Below, piece after piece: positions 1 to 7,556 of a stretch of DNA of 32,000 nt; the first letter of the stretch is position 1, and every line of letters starts with the position of its first letter. Under the pieces are notes generated by a model. That model did not search any database. It was given only the letters and a program-made list of their open reading frames with translations, and was not told the DNA's origin. The translations under genes were made by a program, and so were the position numbers. Source of the DNA: Candidatus Harpocratesius repetitus. GTDB lineage: Archaea; Asgardarchaeota; Lokiarchaeia; Sigyniarchaeales; Promethearchaeaceae. Where the stretch lies: NCBI GenBank assembly GCA_021498095.1, contig JAIZWK010000001.1, positions 2,880,001 through 2,912,000 on the forward strand, in the 5' to 3' direction.

Positions 1-12
1 AGCCATAATTTA

Positions 13-1116
13 TTATAAAATTGGCGTAATAAAAATATTTATGCCAGAATCATCATATTGTAATAAATTTGATTGACTTTTGGATTCATCTTCAGGAATT
101 TTTTGCCAAATTTCAATTTTTTTCCGATTTACAAGTTGTAATAAATAAAGTAATGTTCGAACAATTCCTTCAGGTTCAGGAGATAAAACAAGATATAGAA
201 AAGAAATAGGTTCATCAGGTTGATATCGTTTTTGGATTGTCTGAAAGAGTTGTTGGATTTGCTCTTCAATTAATGCATGATTTTCTTCTGCTTCTTTCAA
301 AAAATTTGGTGGTATAATTTGATCTGTTTCAATTCTTATATGGTTTCGTTTATAGTTCTTATTACTAGAGCGAATTTGATATTTTAAAGTTTTAATTAAA
401 GCATTTCCTAATTCACAAAAATCGACTTTTCGATATACTTTTCTTATGGGTGATGCTAAATATCGATTTCCATTTCGATCTTGTTTAAAGAATGCATTTG
501 TTGAAGAAAATTTCTTCAATTCAGAATCTCTTTCATGTAAATACTGAGAAATATTTGAGTTAAGATCATAATTATCATTAATTTCAGAAGTTATTGATTC
601 TCTTTTGCCTAAAATAGCATTTAATCCTACTTTATTAATTAATTCTTCATTTGAATCATCATTTTCGAATTCTTCATCGAAATCATGGAAATCTTCTTCT
701 GAGACTTCATTTTCTTCTAATATATCTTGTGTATGATGTGAGTCTTGAATAATCGAATCCGATTTTGCATGAATTAACCTAGAGGTTGAATAAAGAACGC
801 GACCTCCAATACGAAATTTAATTTCACTGTTTTTGTACATTCTCTGTTGAATTTTTTCTAAAGTAGTTTTTATATCAATTTGCCAAGGATTTTGTTTGAT
901 CATGCTAGAAAACTCATCATTATTTAGTAAAATACCAAGATCTGCAGCTTTTTGAGATATAAGTGAGAAATTTTTGGATAAATGTTTATTTGTACGGGAT
1001 AAATTTTGAGTGCCTTGGGAATCTATTTTATTTGAGACATTTTTTGAAATTCTAATCGAATTATTCAATTTTTCTCCAATATGACTAAGATGATGCTCTG
1101 GTTGTATTATTTCCAT
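13..1116 (-). CDS. scpA: Segregation and condensation protein A (ScpA, SMC kleisin), with N-terminal extension and acidic linker
   Basis: N-terminal kleisin motif NPWQIDI followed by the GRVLYSTSRLIHAKS helix. Central PIRKVYRKVDFCELGNAL matches the archaeal ScpA P.RR..R.V.L.EL..AL pattern. C-terminal winged helix IVRTLLYLLQLVNRKKIEIWQ. SD-like AAGGA and a TTATAAAG box lie upstream on the minus strand. Confidence 0.8.
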   Translation of the reverse strand: MEIIQPEHHLSHIGEKLNNSIRISKNVSNKIDSQGTQNLSRTNKHLSKNFSLISQKAADLGILLNNDEFSSMIKQNPWQIDIKTTLEKIQQRMYKNSEIKFRIGGRVLYSTSRLIHAKSDSIIQDSHHTQDILEENEVSEEDFHDFDEEFENDDSNEELINKVGLNAILGKRESITSEINDNYDLNSNISQYLHERDSELKKFSSTNAFFKQDRNGNRYLASPIRKVYRKVDFCELGNALIKTLKYQIRSSNKNYKRNHIRIETDQIIPPNFLKEAEENHALIEEQIQQLFQTIQKRYQPDEPISFLYLVLSPEPEGIVRTLLYLLQLVNRKKIEIWQKIPEDESKSQSNLLQYDDSGINIFITPIL

Positions 1117-1422
1117 AATGAATTTAATCCTTCTGTCTGCAAATCTTTATAATGATTATAGCAATCAAACTAGATAATGGAAAGTTGACTGCTAAAATAC
1201 ATTTAATCCACTATTATGGACATATCATGGAAATATTATTGAAATATTGTGTGAATAATACAATTCAGATAGTATTAATGTTATTAAGAATGCACAATCA
1301 AATTCATTACAAATAGAAATGTTCAAATAATTATTTAAGCGAATAAAATAAAATACTAATAAAACTTATCAACACTAGCTAAATACTTAAGATTAGGATC
1401 ATTTGAAAATAAGTGACGAGTT

Positions 1423-1731
1423 ATGATTGATTCAAAAGCGATTAAAGCAATTATTAATAAATTTATGGCAGACGACCAAACGCGAGCTGTAATCATCTGT
1501 GATTCAGAAGGTTTACCAATTCAATCTTCATTTAGAGGGGAACAAATTGAAAGAACAGAAGAGATTTCGGCATATATTACTGCTTTGATTTCTCGAGGAA
1601 AACAAACCGTTGAAGTTTTAGGAGAAGGAAGATTAAATTTTGTAAGGTTGGAAACTGACAAGGGTGAAGTAATGATTGCACCTCAGGAAGGCTTAATTTT
1701 AATTGTATTACGTAATACAACTGATTACTAA
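1423..1731 (+). CDS. Roadblock/LC7 (MglB/LAMTOR-like) domain protein
   Basis: 102 aa with roadblock pattern: N-terminal helix, AVIICDSEGLPIQS strands, EEISAYITAL helix, VRLETDKGEVMIAP and LILIVL strands. Confidence 0.85.
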   Translation: MIDSKAIKAIINKFMADDQTRAVIICDSEGLPIQSSFRGEQIERTEEISAYITALISRGKQTVEVLGEGRLNFVRLETDKGEVMIAPQEGLILIVLRNTTDY

Positions 1732-1794
1732 ATCATAATTTTTCTTCTTTTTGAAAACACTAATTTTTTATAGATTTCTAACTAACTGAAATAT

Positions 1795-2136
1795 ATGAAC
1801 ATCGAAGAAATTGGTCCTAAATTATCAGATGTAATGGATGTTGTTCCTGTCTGCGAAGGCTTAATTTTGGCAAAAATTTCTGGAGAAGTGTTAATTGGTC
1901 AAACTCTTATAGAAATGGATCACTCAATCATCGCAAAAAGTTTCAGTAAATTATTTGAAGCGGATTTATCTAATATTGATAAGGGAAACATTCAAGATTT
2001 TACAATTAATCTTGAAAATGGGGCAATAATTGCTGTAAGAAATGATGATCATATGCTTATAGGTTTATTAGGAAGCGATGGTAAATCTTCAGTTGGTTTA
2101 CTAGTAAGGCAATTAAGAAATATTATGTGGAATTAA
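1795..2136 (+). CDS. Roadblock/LC7-like domain protein
   Basis: 113 aa with GLILAKISGEVLIGQT, FTINLENGAIIAVRN and MLIGLLG strands and a terminal SVGLLVRQL helix. Same topology pattern as the upstream gene. Confidence 0.7.
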   Translation: MNIEEIGPKLSDVMDVVPVCEGLILAKISGEVLIGQTLIEMDHSIIAKSFSKLFEADLSNIDKGNIQDFTINLENGAIIAVRNDDHMLIGLLGSDGKSSVGLLVRQLRNIMWN

Positions 2137-2204
2137 AAAAATAAAGAAAATTCCAAAACAAAACAATTTTATTTTTTCATTTTCTTGCTGTAAGGTAATT
2201 ATCA

Positions 2205-2537
2205 ATGACCAAATTTGATTATTTTAGAGCTAAAAGACATCCCAAAGGCTATATTCCTAAAAATAGTATTCTAAATAACTTTTGCACAAAACATCAAATG
2301 TATGCATATGAAACGATTCCATTAAAAGATCGTGATTATGAGGTAATTTTAGGATTATATTGTTTAAGATATTACCTAGATAGACCTGTTTGTGCTTGGT
2401 GTTCACAAGAGATGTTTGAGAGAGATCCATATTATGTAGACAAAGTCTCAAATTTTACAAAAGAGACTTTAAAAAGAGAAGGAAGAACTTGGGATGAATT
2501 TGAACGTGCAGTAAAGTATAATGAAGAATTTAGTTAA
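2205..2537 (+). CDS. Hypothetical protein, possible Zn finger (CxxH...C...CxxC)
   Basis: 110-aa ATG ORF containing CTKH, LYC and CAWC. Its stop overlaps the stop of the convergent ART gene by 4 bp. Confidence 0.6.
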   Translation: MTKFDYFRAKRHPKGYIPKNSILNNFCTKHQMYAYETIPLKDRDYEVILGLYCLRYYLDRPVCAWCSQEMFERDPYYVDKVSNFTKETLKREGRTWDEFERAVKYNEEFS

Positions 2538-3319
2538 AATTCAAGAAGATATGCAATTTTTGCTTTTTGAAAATTCCATAAACAAAGTTCATCATTTGCA
2601 ACGATATCATTAAATCCTCCATTTTTTATAGACCAATTTTCAACATGAACTCCTTGAGTTACCTCTATACCATCATAACCCATTGTTTTTAATTTGTTTA
2701 CAAAATTGGGGTCATTCGCAACAGGTTTTGGTAAATTCATATTTGTGTGTATTAAATCATACCTTGCAATAGTCACATAAGGCGGAAGAAATACTAATAA
2801 AATTAATTTCCCATATTTTAATGATTTTTCAATCTCTTTTGATATATAAAAACCAACACCGAATGTGTTGTTGTTTGCAGAAATTGAAGCATTAAACCCT
2901 CTTCTTGAAAGATTTGAAGCTTCTGCAAAAGCAGTTCCATGAAAATACCAATTTTCCTTATAATAAAGATCTGCAGGATTACTTCGTCCTTCAACTTTCT
3001 TTATCATACGTGGACGATATCGATTTCCAATTATGGATAAAATATTTATACCTTCAGTAGAATACATATCAATTTCTTTTAAGACAATTGAAGCTACATC
3101 AGTATTCATATAAATTGAATCAAAAATACTTCTATATTTCTGGGTTTGTTTTGAAGATTCAAAAGAAAATAGAGAATTCTTCCGATATGGAAATAAATTA
3201 ATATCAGAATTGTTTTTATGAGAAATTTGAGAATTATAGAATGATGGTTTTGAATCATTATGTTTGGAAAAACGATCAAAATCAAAAATTGAACCTCTAC
3301 TCCGTTTTCTATTCTCCAT
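2534..3319 (-). CDS. PARP-like (H-Y-E clade) ADP-ribosyltransferase domain protein
   Basis: YFHGT, FGVGFYIS, SLKYG, GYDGI and NDELCLWN appear in the order of the PARP/diphtheria-toxin signature (HGS, FGKGIYFA, SANY, NEYIVY). The N-terminal ~65 aa are low complexity. Confidence 0.75.
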   Translation of the reverse strand: MENRKRSRGSIFDFDRFSKHNDSKPSFYNSQISHKNNSDINLFPYRKNSLFSFESSKQTQKYRSIFDSIYMNTDVASIVLKEIDMYSTEGINILSIIGNRYRPRMIKKVEGRSNPADLYYKENWYFHGTAFAEASNLSRRGFNASISANNNTFGVGFYISKEIEKSLKYGKLILLVFLPPYVTIARYDLIHTNMNLPKPVANDPNFVNKLKTMGYDGIEVTQGVHVENWSIKNGGFNDIVANDELCLWNFQKAKIAYLLEF

Positions 3320-3430
3320 ATTTGTTATTTAGAATTAGAAGAAAATATAAATTTCGGATAGAAAATTAGAAAAAGTCAAAAAAAAAATTATCATGAAGAA
3401 AAATATAAGAATTTACTCTTTTTGTTAAAT

Positions 3431-6400
3431 TCAATCTGATTTCTCTTCATCGAGTAATTCATCAAGAGAAGTGCCTTCTTCGGTTGAAGGAGTTTTTGTT
3501 TCATCTTCTTTCTTAGTGGATAAATCAGCTAAATTCACATATTTACCTCCTCTTCTTCGTGATTTCTTCGATTTAACCACAGTTTCTGGGGTTATTGGAG
3601 CGTTAATCTCATCAACTTTCGTTTTGATATATTTTGCACTGAATATCCACAATCCAATTGTAAAGATAATAAAACCACCAACAAGAGCAGAAGTTAACAA
3701 AGTATTGGTATTTACTTCATAAGTAGTAAATTCGTGAACAGATCCAATTGTAAAGATTTCTCCAGTCTCTTTTACAGTTGCAGTAATTGTAATATTTACA
3801 ATAACTGAATCTAATTGATAATCAGTATCATAAAAATCAATAACAAATTCATAAGTTTCTCCACTAGATATTACTAATAATTCTAATGCATTTTTAATGT
3901 TTATTTCAGCATCAAAATCAGAATCAATGGTAATAGAAACATTACTAAAGGAAGAATTACCTGTATTTTCAAGTCGAACATTTATTAAATTATGAGCACC
4001 TCTAATCAAAGTTTTACTAGTATCAACTGAGACTAATAGATTTTGTTCATATGTATTTAAATCAATCGTTAAAGTGGAGTTAACTGTCGCATGTGTACTA
4101 TTTCCAATGTATTCTACCATTATTTGAACTTCTGAGTTTAATGGAGTCTGTGACATATCGAATTCAAACTCAAATGAACCTTCATCATCAGTAAGAATGC
4201 TTGTATCGTTATTTATTGAAGATAATGGAGTCCATATTGGATCTGTATAATCACTTAAGTTTTCACGAGAATCATAGAAGAATTTAATTTCAGAGTTACG
4301 CATGATTTCTGAATTTTCATCAATAAGTTTTCCGGTTATCGTTTGTGTTGCATAGTGATCAATTGGATCCGTTTCAGCTTGTAAATCGGTAAAAATACCA
4401 AATATTTTATTATCAGTTGTTGTTAAATTACTCTCCATTGTCATACTCATATAATAATCATTGAATACTTGGATGAAATATGTTACATCTCCAGGAAGTT
4501 CTAACATGTCTCTTTGAATATTTGAAGTGAAAGATGGCCCTGTTAAATCATGATAAGATCTAACGGTTAAAACTTTACCTTCAAAATCTTTATCGTCAAG
4601 ATGACTATAGTATAAATATTGAGATTCCACAGAATTATATATCTCAGAATCATCAATATTAACAGAAATTTGGATCTGCATTGGCATATTGCGAACTGGA
4701 CAATTCAAACCTCCTGTATTTATATCTGGAACAGTTAAATTCAAAAGGAATGAATGTTCATCTGAATTATTTGCCGCACCATACATATTTAATAAATATG
4801 TTGAAGAAACATTCGATAATTTCCATTCGTGATTATTTGCAAATACTAATGTGGCAATTACTGAGACATTATAATCTAAACTATGGTGTCGGTTTTCTAC
4901 TTTAACCTCAATAGAAATATTCTCATTAGGATTCAACACTGTTTCGTTAATTGCATAATTTGTTATATACAAATCATCTCCAAGTGATATTTCTCGAGTT
5001 TCATTTAATACGAATGGAATTTCACTTGAAACAATAGGTTTAACCGCGTAAATTGTATAATCGTATGTATTAATATCAGTTTCAAAGGGTGTTATTGTTC
5101 CAATTAATTGATTTACTTGTTGATCTTCTAAATGATTAAATTCATGAATAGCTCCTTGATATTCGTTCAAAAAGAAAGTAATTTTTAGAAAACCGAGTTG
5201 ATTACCATCTGTCCAATTAAGTAAAATTGTATATTCACCTAGAGGAGTTGTCTGATTTGTATTAAGAATTGCCATTTTTCCGAAATTGAACCATGAATAA
5301 CTTGAGTTTTCATCAATCGAATCATCTGTTAATATATTTGATTGCATAAGGTTTCCAGTAGTGTTATACAAACTAGCAGTAACTTTCCCTGTCGTTGAAA
5401 GATATGAATTATCATCTGTTAATAGACCAACAGATAATGCAATTACATCAGATTGCATAAATCCTTTAGTTTCCCATAAATTATCATTATATTTTAAGAA
5501 AAGATTAGAAGTTTTAATGTAATTTGGGGAATTTGCTGATAATATATAAACAGCTGGAGAATCTGCAATAGATGAATTCACTTCGATGAATGTTTTTTCA
5601 TCTTCTATATAAGGATCTTGTGCTAAAGAAAGAATTTGAGTACTATTTTCAAATAAATCTGAAATTTCCCAATTATCAGGAATTACATATGCAAATTTTG
5701 TAAAATTCCAATCTGAAAATATGGATTCATTTGGATCAAATGAAAAAGTGACGTTCCAAAATGGATCACTATCGATCTCTAATTGATAAGTGCTGACCGC
5801 TGATTTGATAAGGTATTTTTGAACTAAATATTCTACTGTAAATGAAATATCACCTGAATATATATCTTGATCCCAATTAAGTGTGATTGTAAAATTCTCA
5901 TTAGATAAACTAATTGGAGTAGAAAATTCAAGTTTTATTGTTCCATAACCCCACCAATAAGAAGCATAATAGGCTTGATCAATTGGATCATCGAAAGTGT
6001 CGTGAGGATAATCCCAAATATAAGTATCTTCAACTGGAATATCATCGATAGTCAATCCAATTTCAGAAGGTAAATATGGTCTACTTAAATTTATAATAAA
6101 ATTACTTGCATCTAACTGTGGATGATCACTTGTTGATTTAAGATCTGCTTTTGCTTGCTCCCATGTAGTAGATTTTGTTAGTAAAAGATGATCAACTTTA
6201 TTATCAGGATCTTTGGGATCAAATGGTGCGTCAAATGGAATTGTCACCAATGTAAAACGTTTTTCACCAACCACGTTAGAAGTATTTGTTGAAATAATTA
6301 TAAAATAATTTCCAACAGACAAATCAATACCAAGATGATTTGAGGTAAAATTAAACCACATTGGCTCATCATTTGAATAGTTTAGAATTGATATCTCAGA

Positions 6401-7462
6401 AAGTATTGCTGTTTCATCAGGTGTTGCTAATAATTGAGAATTTGACGGATTTAATAATTGACTTCTTGCTACTGGTTCAGTAATATTTGCTTGACATAGT
6501 TGAATTGTTAAATTAGATGTAACAGAATCTTCGATATCAAGTGCACGAATCCAAGCTTGAAATCCATAAACTGTCGAATCTCCTCGAATATCAAATTCTA
6601 AAGCAATGGGATTATTTAAACTGAAACTTACTTCATGCCCACGTATTACATCCACACTAAGGCTATTGATAAGCAAAGTAAATGCTTCAGTCGCATTACT
6701 AAAATGCAAATTTAACACAAGATTTTTTGAAATATTGACATAATTATTATTTTCATTTCGAATATAATATGTAATTGTACGATAATTTGATGAGATCTCT
6801 TGAATATAGCGATCTGAATCTAAAACATCAAAATTAGTGGAATAATAATTATAAAGAGATGAATCAAGTAATAAATCAGAACCAGATTGAATTTCAAATT
6901 GAATTTTAAACCCTAATATTGTAGATATATCTCTTGGATATGTAGAAGCATCAATTGAAATATTTGTTTCAACAACTTGATCCCCAGATAAAGCACTATC
7001 CACTGAAATAAAATCAGCTCCTGCATTTTCAGAACCAGTTACAATTGTAAACATATCAGATGTAGTGCTAATTGAAACTTTTTCACGTTCATAATGTAAA
7101 GAGTCATCATTTTCAAGAGTGTAATTTGCTAAGTGATTTTTATTCATAGTAAAGTTGAAAGTTCCATCATTAAGATAATATGCTCCATCCTCGCTTGAAA
7201 TGTTAAATTCATTAACCCCATTGGCAATCGAGTGATTTTGCATGTAGACATAGACGTCTTGAGGGTTGCCTTGTCCTGAGATAGGAATTTCATAATCTAA
7301 TTGGGAAACCAGTGGAGTTTGTATAGTATTCGGGTTTGTTTGAGTAGATGCTACAGAATTAAAAGGTTTATAAGTCTGAATACTCATTGACAAAATAAAA
7401 ATCATACCCAAAACCACTGGAACTATTTTCTTTTGTATCGATTTCCATCGTATCGTGATCAT
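3431..7462 (-). CDS. Large cell-surface glycoprotein with N-terminal signal/TM, beta-rich (Ig-like) ectodomain, C-terminal TM and cytoplasmic tail
   Basis: Basic N-terminus followed by a hydrophobic segment (IVPVVLGMIFILSMSI). More than 30 N-x-S/T sequons in a D/N/S/T-rich ectodomain. CARDB-like NVRLENTGNSSFSNVSITI. TM LLTSALVGGFIIFTIGLWIFSA, then a charged tail. Confidence 0.8.
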   Translation of the reverse strand: MITIRWKSIQKKIVPVVLGMIFILSMSIQTYKPFNSVASTQTNPNTIQTPLVSQLDYEIPISGQGNPQDVYVYMQNHSIANGVNEFNISSEDGAYYLNDGTFNFTMNKNHLANYTLENDDSLHYEREKVSISTTSDMFTIVTGSENAGADFISVDSALSGDQVVETNISIDASTYPRDISTILGFKIQFEIQSGSDLLLDSSLYNYYSTNFDVLDSDRYIQEISSNYRTITYYIRNENNNYVNISKNLVLNLHFSNATEAFTLLINSLSVDVIRGHEVSFSLNNPIALEFDIRGDSTVYGFQAWIRALDIEDSVTSNLTIQLCQANITEPVARSQLLNPSNSQLLATPDETAILSEISILNYSNDEPMWFNFTSNHLGIDLSVGNYFIIISTNTSNVVGEKRFTLVTIPFDAPFDPKDPDNKVDHLLLTKSTTWEQAKADLKSTSDHPQLDASNFIINLSRPYLPSEIGLTIDDIPVEDTYIWDYPHDTFDDPIDQAYYASYWWGYGTIKLEFSTPISLSNENFTITLNWDQDIYSGDISFTVEYLVQKYLIKSAVSTYQLEIDSDPFWNVTFSFDPNESIFSDWNFTKFAYVIPDNWEISDLFENSTQILSLAQDPYIEDEKTFIEVNSSIADSPAVYILSANSPNYIKTSNLFLKYNDNLWETKGFMQSDVIALSVGLLTDDNSYLSTTGKVTASLYNTTGNLMQSNILTDDSIDENSSYSWFNFGKMAILNTNQTTPLGEYTILLNWTDGNQLGFLKITFFLNEYQGAIHEFNHLEDQQVNQLIGTITPFETDINTYDYTIYAVKPIVSSEIPFVLNETREISLGDDLYITNYAINETVLNPNENISIEVKVENRHHSLDYNVSVIATLVFANNHEWKLSNVSSTYLLNMYGAANNSDEHSFLLNLTVPDINTGGLNCPVRNMPMQIQISVNIDDSEIYNSVESQYLYYSHLDDKDFEGKVLTVRSYHDLTGPSFTSNIQRDMLELPGDVTYFIQVFNDYYMSMTMESNLTTTDNKIFGIFTDLQAETDPIDHYATQTITGKLIDENSEIMRNSEIKFFYDSRENLSDYTDPIWTPLSSINNDTSILTDDEGSFEFEFDMSQTPLNSEVQIMVEYIGNSTHATVNSTLTIDLNTYEQNLLVSVDTSKTLIRGAHNLINVRLENTGNSSFSNVSITIDSDFDAEINIKNALELLVISSGETYEFVIDFYDTDYQLDSVIVNITITATVKETGEIFTIGSVHEFTTYEVNTNTLLTSALVGGFIIFTIGLWIFSAKYIKTKVDEINAPITPETVVKSKKSRRRGGKYVNLADLSTKKEDETKTPSTEEGTSLDELLDEEKSD

Positions 7463-7556
7463 TTAATGGTCCCTTTCGTAGATTTTTTAGGTTAAAAAAT
7501 TTCATTTAGTTTTTTAATATATTGGATCAGATATTGTTATTCGACAAAATCTGTTG

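Noticed and set aside
1227-1316. 29-codon ORF in the scpA/roadblock intergenic region
   Set aside because: Too short, with no SD or motif; compatible with chance.
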